This document shows, in pieces, positions 48,125 to 58,364 of a stretch of 64,000 bases of DNA (its first letter is position 1; each line of letters begins with the position of its first letter). This DNA is from a virus, in the IMG/VR virus record IMGVR_UViG_3300033150_001207, positions 1-64,000 of that record; one strand, 5' to 3'. A program made the position numbers and the translations under genes. The notes beneath the pieces were generated by a model. The model did no database searches and was not told where the DNA came from. It was given only the letters and a program-made list of their open reading frames with translations.

Positions 48125-51100
48125 TTGCCAATCATTGATGTAAAAGATATTCCTGATGATATTGTAATTCGTGAAAGAGAAACTGTATCTACTAGAGAAC
48201 CTGTAGCTATTCCTTCAGGTGGCAGGCTAGTGTCGCCAGAGGATATTCCTGAAGATATAGTAATACATGAAAGGGAAATTGCACCTTCTGCAAAACCTGT
48301 AAAGATAGAAGAACCTATTCGTGAGATTCCAGAATCAATACCGGCCCGAATAGAACCTCGTAAAAGGCTTGGGAAAATAACACCGGTAGAACCAGTGTCA
48401 ACCGCTGAAGAAAAGGCACGAAAACCTTTCGTTCCTGTTCCTGCGCCGATTGGATATAAACCACCTTCTATTGAAACAGAAAAGCCCGAACTGTTTGTAC
48501 CGGCAGCAGAGAAACAAATTAAAAAATTACCCACTACTGAGCCAGAAGAAATACCATCCTCTTTGAAGCCCGCAATAGCTGAACCGGTGTCTCTCTACGT
48601 CAAACCAAGATTCAAGCCCGAACCAGAGGAACAAAAATTCAGGGATATAATAAAATCTCACTGGAAAATAGGTTCTCTGGTTATAAAAAGAGGAGAGTTG
48701 GGTGCAAATGCAAGAGATACTGGTCTCTCAGTCGAAGAAACTCTAAAACAGGCTAGAGAAATTGACAAACTGGCAAAATCATACAGAAAAAAAATGCCCG
48801 AATTTAGCATAAAGAAACCCACAACCTGGTTACCCTCTCTCGTAGCGCAAACAACCGAATTAATACCATATATGGGCAGAGGACAAGTTGAGGGTATGAA
48901 AATGGGTATTGCTACTGGTGTTGGATTTGGCACGATGACTGCGCTCTGGGGTCAAGCCGGTCCGCAGGTATTAACCCCTGAAGAAGTATTAACCATTCCA
49001 GGGGCGATGGCTGTAGGCGGAACTGCCGGATGGGTTCTGGGCTCACTTAAAAATTGTATGGATATTGAGGGTGGTAACTTATATATAGACTTACTCGAAC
49101 GTGGTGTAAAACCAAAAGTAGCAAAACAGCTTTCATTGGCGGGAGGGCTTGCAATAGGTGCTATTGAAGTTGCACAGATAGGTAGAATAGCTAGAAACTT
49201 ACCAGGATTCGAGTTATTCTTTAGAAAAGGTGCTAAAAAACTAATTGCAAGCGATACATTCAAGAACATACTTAAAATCTCTGCAAAAGAATACGCAAAA
49301 GATGTTGGCTATGAAATAGGAGAAGAAGAAGCACAGGAAATTGCATCAATGGCATCCGAATTTGTTGGCAGTTCTATATCTCCGGGCGCAGAAAAACTTA
49401 CATTTGGTGAAGCAAAGGATAGATTGAAAGGAGTAATTACACAGTCTGCTCTTGGATTTACGGGACTGTTGTTACCCGGACAGCTTTATAAAACAATTGG
49501 TAGAACCAGAGCTTTGAATATAAAGAAAAGTCTTGACGCTCTTGTGGAAGAAAAAACACCTAAACCGCCCGAAGTTACCAAACCACCGTCTGTCGTTCCT
49601 GAAGTAGAGAAAATCGTTCCCAGGCCGCCTGAAGCAGTCAAAGAAGTATGGGAAATGACAAAAGAAGAATTGAAAAATCTCGAAATTCCAGTTCCTGAAG
49701 GCGGCGCAAGCAAATCCCCTAAAACTGTTTTTAGCTGGAAACCAGGTGAATACGAAACGTTACATGATGTGAGCCAGTCAGAAGATGAATTTAGATTTAA
49801 CGAAATACTTGGCAAAGGGTGGGAAGGTAAAGCATCATTACACTTAAAACCGAAGATAAAAAACAATGAGCCCATAACTGTTTACAGAGCGAGTGATTAC
49901 GAGATTATACCGGGTTCTTACGTTTCCGAAAGTATCGAATATGCAAAAAAACATGGCGAGAATATACTTGATGGTAAATACAAAATACATTCACTGGAAG
50001 TGAAACCGAGCGAACTGTTAGTATACGGAGACCCTCATGAATTTATTTATGTACCAGAATCCATCGAAGTTGGGCATAAACGCATAATAGAAAAAGCTCT
50101 ATCTGAAGGCAAACCAGTTCCTAAAGAGGTATTGGAAGATTACCCCGAACTACAGGAAAAAGCAAAAGAATATGAAAAACCAGAGAAACTCGAAATATCT
50201 GTTTTAGATCCCAAGCCTGGCGATATTACGGGTTCAAAAGATATGTTGCCAAAACTTATAAAACTTAGAGACAAAGGCTCTGAAATGGTTAAACCAGATA
50301 TCGTAAACAAACTCGAAAAATTCTGGAAAGAAAACCCCGAAGCTGAGTACGGTATATGGCAAGAAGATTTATCAATAAAACCTGTAACCAAAGAAACACT
50401 CGAAAAACCGCCTGAAATCACTGAACCCACCATTACTAAAGTAACCAAAGCTATTCCCGAAAAAGCCCCAGCTATCACTGGTAGAAAATCCACGGCAAAA
50501 ACAGAGGCGGGTACAGAAATAGAATTTGACTATGATATTTACGACATTAACGACATTATTGCTTCCCACGATACAAACCTGCGAGCCAATCCACTATATC
50601 CAGCGGAAAAACAACCCCGTGGCAGAGCAAGAATGGCATCCGAAGCTCAAATTAACAAAATTACCCGTGAATTAGCACCTGAACGTCTTGGTGAAAATCC
50701 ACTTGTGTCAGAAGGTGCTCCAATTGTCGACAAATCCGCCATTGTAGAATCAGGTAATGCGAGAATTATTGCACTACAGAGACTTTATGAATCAAAAAGT
50801 GATAAAGCAAAAGAATATAAACAGTTTTTAATAGATAATGCTGAAAAATTCGGGTTGGATGTCGATAAGATTAGGGACATTGCCAATCCTGTACTTGTAA
50901 GAAGAAGATTATCAGATGTTGACATAGATAAGTTTATAAGAGAAGCAAACGTACCTACTGTTGCCGCTATGAGCGCTACCGAACAGGCGTTATCTGACGC
51001 AAAAATGCTTTCCGACGAAACTCTTGCAATGTTCGATGTGGGCGAAACAGGTGAAATAGATACAGCGGCAAATAGAGATTTTGTGCGTAGATTTTTCAAG

Positions 51101-54100
51101 GAAATCGCTACCGAGACTGAGTATGGTAGATACTTTACAAAAGAGGGGCTAACCTCACAGGAAGGTATAAATAGAATAAGAAACGCCATCTTTGCCAAAG
51201 CTTACGAAAATCCCGAAATAGTTGAGAAATTGTCTGAAAGTACAGACGTTAATATAAGAAATATAGTAAATGCCATGGTCAGTATAGCACCACGACTTTC
51301 TATATTGAAAAACGAAATTAAAAAAGGCAACAGACATAAATACGACATTACGAAAGATATTGCTCAAGCTTCCGAAAAGTTATCATTTCTAAGGAATCAG
51401 AATAAAACAGTAGATGAGTATATAAGACAGACGGCATTGTTTGACGATGAAGTAACACCGCTTGCAAAGGACATACTCAAAGTATTTGATAAGTATAAAA
51501 GAAGTCCCAGGAAAATAAGACAAATATTTAACAATTATATAAATCTGGTTGATAAAGTCGGCAATCCGAAGCAGGCGAATTTGTTTGAAGAATATAACAA
51601 ACCCAAACCCGCTGAGCTATTACAGGAAGCAATAAATGAAATGGAGGATAGTTATGTTCCACTTGATATTTTCAAAGCCGAGGCTGAGCGTAGTAAAGAA
51701 ATTAGAGCAGTTACGAGGGAAAAGGGAATCACCAAAATCAAGCCCGAAAAAGAAATTGGGAAAAAAATCAGCATAACCCGCCCATTTGCATACGATAGTG
51801 ATAGTACAGTTAATCAGGGCTGGTTCGCAATCAGACCAGTTGAAGACTTTGACGAAATGGGCATGGGTGAATCTAAATTCAAGACCAGACATGAAGTCAA
51901 TGGACTCAAAGAAAAAGGTATAAGTTTTGTCGTTGGCACCGTTAAGGGCAAAGAACAAATTCAAAGACTCAGCTTTAATAAAGATATATGGACTGAAAAA
52001 GCTGCAAAAGAATGGTGGAATAAAAACTTTGATAGAATTCAAGACATAGCTTCAACTGGTATAAAACCGCCCGCTAAAGTTCCTGAAGCGGGAATTGAAA
52101 AAATAGTCGAACCGAAACTATCAGCCAAAATACCAGAAGATATAAACGACGTTGTTTTTGACAAGTTTAAAGCATGGCCTAAGAAAATAAAAAAGGTTGG
52201 TGAAGATTACTGGACTGAAGTCATGGCTGCGGCAGAAGAACTGTCAACGCCATATCGTTATAAATCTTTGCGACAAACCGTAGTTGGCAAATTTGAAAAA
52301 GAAAAGGGTATTAAACTTCAGGACGTTACGCAAGCACTAACCGCCACACATGAATTAGGGCATAATATAGACTGGCTTTTGAACAACAAAACTTTTCCAG
52401 GATCAATCAAAGCTCGTTTTCCAGATTCGACTATAGGTGAAATGGGATTGAGAAATGAATTAAAAGAGGTTTCTAAAGTTGTCAGACCTGAACTCTGGGA
52501 AGCGTCTTTATCAGAGAAAAACATTAAATCACAACTCAGCCGTCATACAGAACTAATGGCTGATTTTATAACACATTATATTCTTGACCCAGAAAATGTT
52601 AAAGAGCTTGCACCCGATGTAACAGCGTTGTTTGAAGCAAAACTGGCGAACAAACCCGAATTATTTGATATTATCTCAAGACTACAGCAAAACCGTTATA
52701 CGGGACCTGAAAGGCCAGCTGTTGCTGAACACATTGTAAAAGCCCTTCGTTTACCAGAAAAACATGAGCCTCTAAAATTGACTGTCGATCTTTCAGATAA
52801 AGATTATGTAAAAACAGTAGAAAGTCTTGGGGTTCAAACATCACGGAATTATAAAGCCCTAATTCAGGAAGCCAACCTACAGGCAAAAAGAATTGACGAA
52901 CTTGTGCCAGATAAAGATAGACAAACGGATTTGGTCGTTATTGTTGAAAAGGGAAGTAAAAATCCGTGGACTGGAGAAACAAGAGAAGAAATCCTCAAAA
53001 GAGGTATAAATGATAAAGAAAGAAAAGCAATTAACCTCTACAGGGCATATCAGGAACTTGCAAGACAAACGGTTAATGAATATTTAAAGGATTCGGGCGA
53101 ATCGGAATATATCAAGTTTATTGAAGATTATTTTATCCACGCTTACGAAACGCCTATGACAGAAAAATATAAAAACGCAATAAACAAATGGGCTAAAAGC
53201 TCACCACAGGCGAAAAAAAGAATCCTGCCTGACCTTGCAACAGCTGTTGAATTGGAATTAAAGCCAAGAGTCAAAACCCTAAGTGATGGTTTAAAACTCT
53301 GGTCTGGCATAAATTACAGAGTTGCTACAAATAAGGCTTTTCTGGAAAAACTGCCCCAGGTTCTCAATGAAGATGGTATGAGTGTTATTCAAAAACCAAA
53401 AGATTTCCCAGCATGGCCAACGGTTGACTACTGGCCTATCCGACGGACATATAGATTACCGTTAAAGGGTAGAGGTGTTTTGCTATTTCAGGGACAGGTT
53501 GCAGTTGATCCGAAAGTAAAACCGTTTATCGATGCCCTCTTCGGACAGCGCTTTTTCAGTACACCAGCGCGTATTCTTGAAGGATTTAATGCTGTTACCA
53601 AGGCATGTGAATTAACTCTATTATCACTTTTCCATCATCAAGCAGAGTTTTTTAGTGCAGTCGGGGCTGCTGGATGGAGAGCAATGCCTTTTATTGGTGG
53701 TTATTGGGGTAAGAAAGCCGAGCTCTTTGGCAGAACAAAAAAATTCGGTATTATACCAGCGCACATAAAATTCCTGGAAGCTGGTAAAGAACTCGAAAAA
53801 GTTCCCGAATTTATGGATGACTATTTGAAACACGGGGGACAAGTCGGATATATAACAACCGAGGGTATTAACGTAATGGAACGTATGCTACTCGGTATTG
53901 AAGAATTTCTAAAAAATGTCATAGAAGAAAAACCAATTTCTGGTAAAGCGGTATGGGCACCATATATTCCATTAAAGGCAATCAGAAAAATTTACTCGTG
54001 GAATCAACATTTATTGTGGGATAACACCCAGAGAGCAAAATTATTAACATATTATGAAATCGTAAAAGACGGTCTGGCAAACAGCGATTTACCAGTTAAG

Positions 54101-55108
54101 AAAATTAAAGAAACAGCAGCCAAATACACTTCTGATGATTACGGCGGGCAGGAATGGCTCAACACGTGCTTCAGGAATCCTAAGACGAGACAGGTCTTTA
54201 CTCAACTTCTCATGTCTCTTGATTGGACATGGAGTCAAATAAAAATGGGAACTTGGCCTTTTAGATACGGTGGCAAAACAACAGAGCAAAGAGCGAGACT
54301 GAGATTTATACGTAGGATTGGCAGACGTCATTGGTTTCGTTATATGATGGGTATAGCTGGGTTCACAATTGCAGCTAACTATGCTATAAATGGTAAAGGA
54401 CCCTGGGAAAATGAAAAAGGACATAAATTTAACATTGACTGGACAAATATCTGGAGAAGATTACCCTGGAATAAGAATTGGAAAGAAAGAGGTGATTATG
54501 CCAGAAGATACATAAGTCTCGGTAAAGCGGGTCGTGAATTGATTCGCTGGACTACCGATCCTCTGATAGCATTGGGACATAAACTATCGCCTGCTGCAAG
54601 GACAATGTTTGAACAGGCTACTGGATACAATGTTGGAAGCAACTTTTCCGAACCTTGGGCAAGAGATGACCTTGAAGAATATGAAGAAGTTTATGCGAGA
54701 TTTAAAAACGTAATGGAAAAATTTGTACCTTTTGCTCTTAGTGGTAACAATGCTTTTCTGGCTTTTCCAAGCAAAAAGGGAATGACTCAATGGAAAGCCA
54801 TTCGCAGTTTTGAAGATATTTACAAAGCGAGAGCTAGAATTGCAATGGGTGGACCTGCAGGGAAGATTTCCAAACTTTATCGTGTTCTTAATAAAGATGA
54901 AGAAAAATTGATAAAAGATATTACTGAAGCTTGTAAATTGAACGGTGTTGATGCAAAGAAAGCTGCAAGACTTGCCCTTGCAAATATAAGAAGCAACTAC
55001 TATAGAAAGTTCTGGCAGGCTGCAAAAGATCAAGATGTAGATAAATGCAATAAATATGTTAGCGCTTTGGTAGGACTTGGGGTAGAATTACAAGAAATAA
55101 TTAAGTAA
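48125..55108 (+). CDS. Giant polyvalent internal virion protein (ART-like, DdrB-like ParB and zincin domains)
   Basis: 2327 aa; Gly-rich TM-like segments; ITVYRA…GSYVSES..YA…EFIY; IASHD…QPRGR…GAPIV…VESGNAR; THELGH. Confidence 0.75.
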   Translation: MPIIDVKDIPDDIVIRERETVSTREPVAIPSGGRLVSPEDIPEDIVIHEREIAPSAKPVKIEEPIREIPESIPARIEPRKRLGKITPVEPVSTAEEKARKPFVPVPAPIGYKPPSIETEKPELFVPAAEKQIKKLPTTEPEEIPSSLKPAIAEPVSLYVKPRFKPEPEEQKFRDIIKSHWKIGSLVIKRGELGANARDTGLSVEETLKQAREIDKLAKSYRKKMPEFSIKKPTTWLPSLVAQTTELIPYMGRGQVEGMKMGIATGVGFGTMTALWGQAGPQVLTPEEVLTIPGAMAVGGTAGWVLGSLKNCMDIEGGNLYIDLLERGVKPKVAKQLSLAGGLAIGAIEVAQIGRIARNLPGFELFFRKGAKKLIASDTFKNILKISAKEYAKDVGYEIGEEEAQEIASMASEFVGSSISPGAEKLTFGEAKDRLKGVITQSALGFTGLLLPGQLYKTIGRTRALNIKKSLDALVEEKTPKPPEVTKPPSVVPEVEKIVPRPPEAVKEVWEMTKEELKNLEIPVPEGGASKSPKTVFSWKPGEYETLHDVSQSEDEFRFNEILGKGWEGKASLHLKPKIKNNEPITVYRASDYEIIPGSYVSESIEYAKKHGENILDGKYKIHSLEVKPSELLVYGDPHEFIYVPESIEVGHKRIIEKALSEGKPVPKEVLEDYPELQEKAKEYEKPEKLEISVLDPKPGDITGSKDMLPKLIKLRDKGSEMVKPDIVNKLEKFWKENPEAEYGIWQEDLSIKPVTKETLEKPPEITEPTITKVTKAIPEKAPAITGRKSTAKTEAGTEIEFDYDIYDINDIIASHDTNLRANPLYPAEKQPRGRARMASEAQINKITRELAPERLGENPLVSEGAPIVDKSAIVESGNARIIALQRLYESKSDKAKEYKQFLIDNAEKFGLDVDKIRDIANPVLVRRRLSDVDIDKFIREANVPTVAAMSATEQALSDAKMLSDETLAMFDVGETGEIDTAANRDFVRRFFKEIATETEYGRYFTKEGLTSQEGINRIRNAIFAKAYENPEIVEKLSESTDVNIRNIVNAMVSIAPRLSILKNEIKKGNRHKYDITKDIAQASEKLSFLRNQNKTVDEYIRQTALFDDEVTPLAKDILKVFDKYKRSPRKIRQIFNNYINLVDKVGNPKQANLFEEYNKPKPAELLQEAINEMEDSYVPLDIFKAEAERSKEIRAVTREKGITKIKPEKEIGKKISITRPFAYDSDSTVNQGWFAIRPVEDFDEMGMGESKFKTRHEVNGLKEKGISFVVGTVKGKEQIQRLSFNKDIWTEKAAKEWWNKNFDRIQDIASTGIKPPAKVPEAGIEKIVEPKLSAKIPEDINDVVFDKFKAWPKKIKKVGEDYWTEVMAAAEELSTPYRYKSLRQTVVGKFEKEKGIKLQDVTQALTATHELGHNIDWLLNNKTFPGSIKARFPDSTIGEMGLRNELKEVSKVVRPELWEASLSEKNIKSQLSRHTELMADFITHYILDPENVKELAPDVTALFEAKLANKPELFDIISRLQQNRYTGPERPAVAEHIVKALRLPEKHEPLKLTVDLSDKDYVKTVESLGVQTSRNYKALIQEANLQAKRIDELVPDKDRQTDLVVIVEKGSKNPWTGETREEILKRGINDKERKAINLYRAYQELARQTVNEYLKDSGESEYIKFIEDYFIHAYETPMTEKYKNAINKWAKSSPQAKKRILPDLATAVELELKPRVKTLSDGLKLWSGINYRVATNKAFLEKLPQVLNEDGMSVIQKPKDFPAWPTVDYWPIRRTYRLPLKGRGVLLFQGQVAVDPKVKPFIDALFGQRFFSTPARILEGFNAVTKACELTLLSLFHHQAEFFSAVGAAGWRAMPFIGGYWGKKAELFGRTKKFGIIPAHIKFLEAGKELEKVPEFMDDYLKHGGQVGYITTEGINVMERMLLGIEEFLKNVIEEKPISGKAVWAPYIPLKAIRKIYSWNQHLLWDNTQRAKLLTYYEIVKDGLANSDLPVKKIKETAAKYTSDDYGGQEWLNTCFRNPKTRQVFTQLLMSLDWTWSQIKMGTWPFRYGGKTTEQRARLRFIRRIGRRHWFRYMMGIAGFTIAANYAINGKGPWENEKGHKFNIDWTNIWRRLPWNKNWKERGDYARRYISLGKAGRELIRWTTDPLIALGHKLSPAARTMFEQATGYNVGSNFSEPWARDDLEEYEEVYARFKNVMEKFVPFALSGNNAFLAFPSKKGMTQWKAIRSFEDIYKARARIAMGGPAGKISKLYRVLNKDEEKLIKDITEACKLNGVDAKKAARLALANIRSNYYRKFWQAAKDQDVDKCNKYVSALVGLGVELQEIIK

Positions 55109-55162
55109 CCTGAAACGGGTAAATGAAAAGGATAAATAAACCAATCCAATAAGGAGTGAAAA

Positions 55163-55585
55163 ATGAGAAAATTATTGGTCGTATTTACGTGCATCATGTT
55201 ATTGCTTGCGGGTGTAAGTACCTACGCACAGAAAGAACTGTCTACAAAAACAGCAATAGCCGTTGGTGTTGTCGATAGTTTCAGAACGGAAGGTTATAAC
55301 ATGATATATGCTATCGTTTGCGTCGGTGATAGCGTAGATACACTCACATTTGCACTTGAGGGTTGCGCTAGGCCGGGTACCGAGAGATGGACAAACATTG
55401 ATACAAACGATGACGATATTTCATTAATTCCAGACGGTACTACGGATAGCTACGCTACTATTGTAAAAGCGAGAGTATACGTACCATGGATAAGGTGGAA
55501 CATTAAGTCGATTGTAAACGAGGACAGTGTATCCGTAGCCGCCGATTCTACTGTAACTTTTTATACATATTTATTTAATGAGTAA
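55163..55585 (+). CDS. Secreted beta-sandwich protein
   Basis: Sec signal MRKLLVVFTCIMLLLAGVSTYA; FALEG…W…PWIRW. Confidence 0.7.
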   Translation: MRKLLVVFTCIMLLLAGVSTYAQKELSTKTAIAVGVVDSFRTEGYNMIYAIVCVGDSVDTLTFALEGCARPGTERWTNIDTNDDDISLIPDGTTDSYATIVKARVYVPWIRWNIKSIVNEDSVSVAADSTVTFYTYLFNE

Positions 55586-55596
55586 GGTGGTACCAC

Positions 55597-56871
55597 ATGA
55601 AAAAGTTTGTAATATTTATGATTGTTGTGTTATGTCTTACGTTGGCAGTATCGGTGTCTGGAAAACTGAATTATATTACCAATAAATTGAGTGATGTTTC
55701 CATTAGTGGGAATCTAACTGTAGACGGCAACGTTGGCATTGGAACAATAAGTCCTGAAGCAAGGTTGCATATTTCGGATGGGGTAGCTTTATATGACACC
55801 GATAGAAACCTGACTTCTCTATACCATTTAGTAGATAAGAGATATGTGGATGAGGCGGTAACTGCGCTGGGAGCGAGATACTATATGCTTGATACTGATT
55901 CTGGGATAGCGAACTATAAAGACTGTTCTCTGATCCCATCTGCTGACTCAGAACAAGACACCAGTATAACGTCAATATCGGATGATGATTACCTTGTTGG
56001 TTGGATTGCTCCAAATGCTAATGAACCAGATAAGCTATTAACTGGTGTTTATAACTGGCGACTTTATGCTGAGAAAACAGGTGGTACAGAAACACTAAGA
56101 TTGTACTGGAAGCTGGTTGAACGGAAAAGCGATACTTCAGAAGAGGTTATTGGAACTTCTGTTGTTAGCAATGAGATAACTTCTGGTAAGAACTCATGTA
56201 TTATTCCTTTAACTCTGTCAGCAGACCACGATATAGCAAGCGATAGCTATGTTGTAGGAAAGATTTATGCTGATGTATCTGGAAGTGGTTCGGCGCCGAG
56301 TATCACTCTATACTACGAAGGGAACTCTGACTCTCATTGGGAAATACCTGTCAATACAGAGATACTTGATGGTAGGTATGTTAATGCTGACGGTGATACA
56401 ATGACTGGAGGGTTAACTACTACTGTCTTGACCGCAGATAGCACCACGATTACTTCTCATGGTACACCCTGGGATTTAGCTGATAGTACATATACAGGGA
56501 CAATCGTTATCGGGCAAGCTGGTGTCAACACATCATTCGGGGATTTGTGTTACTTATATTCATCTGGCAAATATTTAAAAGCTCAAGCTGACAGCACCGC
56601 ATCGATGCCTGCGAGAGTTATGTGTATAGAAAGAAATGGTATTGCAACCGATAGCTATGGCAAGTATTTGCATGAAGGTTATATAAAGCTGTCAACGTGG
56701 AGTACGGTACAGACAATAGGTTCAAACGTTTACGTAGATGATGATACTGCTGGATTGCCTACAACTACGCAACCTCCAGATAGTGGTGACCAGGTACAAA
56801 TAGTAGGATACTGTATTGCTACTGATATAATGTACTTTAATCCAAGTCCAGATGTGGGAGAAGTGCCATGA
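55597..56871 (+). CDS. Signal-peptide-bearing fibre/decoration-like protein
   Basis: MKKFVIFMIVVLCLTLAVSVSG; GNVGIGT.SP…LHI, YVNADGDTMTG, C-terminal GDQVQIVG…YFNPS. Confidence 0.7.
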   Translation: MKKFVIFMIVVLCLTLAVSVSGKLNYITNKLSDVSISGNLTVDGNVGIGTISPEARLHISDGVALYDTDRNLTSLYHLVDKRYVDEAVTALGARYYMLDTDSGIANYKDCSLIPSADSEQDTSITSISDDDYLVGWIAPNANEPDKLLTGVYNWRLYAEKTGGTETLRLYWKLVERKSDTSEEVIGTSVVSNEITSGKNSCIIPLTLSADHDIASDSYVVGKIYADVSGSGSAPSITLYYEGNSDSHWEIPVNTEILDGRYVNADGDTMTGGLTTTVLTADSTTITSHGTPWDLADSTYTGTIVIGQAGVNTSFGDLCYLYSSGKYLKAQADSTASMPARVMCIERNGIATDSYGKYLHEGYIKLSTWSTVQTIGSNVYVDDDTAGLPTTTQPPDSGDQVQIVGYCIATDIMYFNPSPDVGEVP

Positions 56872-57434
56872 TAAGAGTTATTATCTATTTGTTAATATTT
56901 TTATTTGTGCCTATAAGTGGATTTTCTGCTCCTAACGATGAGTTTGTTACAAACGGTAGCTTTGAGGACGGACCTGGTGATTGGGATAGTTATGGCTCTC
57001 CAGCAGGTTACCCCAGAGTAGATGGAGGACGCACAGGAAGTTATTCAAGAAAAGTAAACTTAGATGGTGATGGAAGTCAAGGGGGTATCCAGCAACTAAT
57101 AACAGGTCTTACCGTTGGAAAAACTTATAGATTTGTCGCATGGGTTAAAGGATGGCAGTTGGCTGCAGAAGACTTTTATCTGTTTTTCATGGAGACAACT
57201 TCTTCTACCGAATACTCGAATGATGCTTGGGTTAGGCTTGAAGGAACGAAAACTGCCACAGCAACTTCTACCTACGTACGTATATATGTCGCTTCAACGA
57301 ATGCAGCAAATGCTAACGCAGCATTCTATATAGACGATGTTTCTGTTAAAGAGATGTGGCAAGGTAAATGGAATGGCGCAACAATAGAAAAATGGAATGG
57401 TATAACTAATCCTATGAAGTGGAATGGTTTCTGA
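56868..57434 (+). CDS. Secreted CBM4/9-like carbohydrate-binding protein
   Basis: Signal peptide; VTNGSFE…GKTYRFVAWVK…FYIDDVSVKE; KWNG x3 tail. Confidence 0.75.
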   Translation: MIRVIIYLLIFLFVPISGFSAPNDEFVTNGSFEDGPGDWDSYGSPAGYPRVDGGRTGSYSRKVNLDGDGSQGGIQQLITGLTVGKTYRFVAWVKGWQLAAEDFYLFFMETTSSTEYSNDAWVRLEGTKTATATSTYVRIYVASTNAANANAAFYIDDVSVKEMWQGKWNGATIEKWNGITNPMKWNGF

Positions 57435-57453
57435 TTAGAAAGTAAGGAGGCTA

Positions 57454-57576
57454 ATGATGGGAAGAATTACTCGTGGCAAACGTGATGGTACAGGCTCGTA
57501 CAAGAATAGTTACCAGCAGAAGAAATACGGTAAGGGAAAACGTCAAAGAGAAGGCGTGAAATGTCCTAAAAGATAG
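57454..57576 (+). CDS. 40-aa basic peptide (below track cutoff)
   Basis: TAAGGAGG leader; MMGRITRGKRDGTGSYKNSYQQKKYGKGKRQREGVKCPKR*. Confidence 0.6.
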   Translation: MMGRITRGKRDGTGSYKNSYQQKKYGKGKRQREGVKCPKR

Positions 57577-57584
57577 AGGTAAAT

Positions 57585-57893
57585 ATGTTATCAATAGGTG
57601 ATGGAATAGCTATAGCATCAATTGCAGTACCCGCGGGAATAGGTTTGATAATAGCCTATATAAGATGGGGACATTCTAGCAAAAGTAACAATCCTGGAAA
57701 TAACTCTAGCATACCAAATAGATGTCCAGCCCATTCGGGTATTGTGGCTAATATTGAGAACTTGCAATCCGACATGACCGAAGTGAAAAACGATGTCAAA
57801 ATCATAAGCAATAAACAAGACCAGCTTCTTTTTCAATCAGGTGAAATTAAGCTGATTATAGATAAATGGGAAGAAAGACGTCGGAATGATTAA
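57585..57893 (+). CDS. Single-TM coiled-coil protein (lysis-associated?)
   Basis: N-terminal TM helix followed by a heptad coil; close to the lysis genes. Confidence 0.55.
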   Translation: MLSIGDGIAIASIAVPAGIGLIIAYIRWGHSSKSNNPGNNSSIPNRCPAHSGIVANIENLQSDMTEVKNDVKIISNKQDQLLFQSGEIKLIIDKWEERRRND

Positions 57894-57999
57894 CAAAACC
57901 AAATATTCAAGATGTCTGATTGTTTAATCTATATTAATAAACTAATAAACCATGCAAAGATTAAGTTTTTAAATAAAAGCACAGTCGGAAGAATCAAAT

Positions 58000-58200
58000 A
58001 TGTCCAAAGCAATAAAACAACTCTACAGAAATGCGGGATTTAAACCCCCTAAGGGTCGCGGGCTGCACACTATAGCTTTCCATCGCAAGGCTATCCAGAT
58101 TAAGAAAAGTAATCCCTCTTATAGTTGGAGTCAGGCATATGCAACTGCTATGAAAATCCTGGGAAGAAACAAGGCAGTCAAAAAATCGCATAGAAGATAA
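58000..58200 (+). CDS. Small basic protein
   Basis: K/R-rich; PPKGRGLHT…QAYA. Confidence 0.6.
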   Translation: MSKAIKQLYRNAGFKPPKGRGLHTIAFHRKAIQIKKSNPSYSWSQAYATAMKILGRNKAVKKSHRR

Positions 58201-58224
58201 CATATTTTACAATACGTTTCACTA

Positions 58225-58253
58225 TTGACATATTACAACACTTATAGTATATT
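58225..58253 (+). promoter_or_regulatory. Sigma70-type promoter of the lysis region
   Basis: TTGACA-17-TATATT followed by a structured leader (58282-58333). Confidence 0.72.
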
Positions 58254-58364
58254 ACTTTCGTTGGTCTTCCAACACACGACATGCCACCCACCCCTACCCC
58301 ATTGATTGGTACGTACAATCGGGATGGGTGGCACAGTAACTTTAGCAGAAAGAGGTGATTTAAA

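Noticed and set aside
19910-55033. Many antisense ORFs inside structural genes
   Set aside because: Shadow frames of long sense genes; no motifs or ribosome-binding sites.
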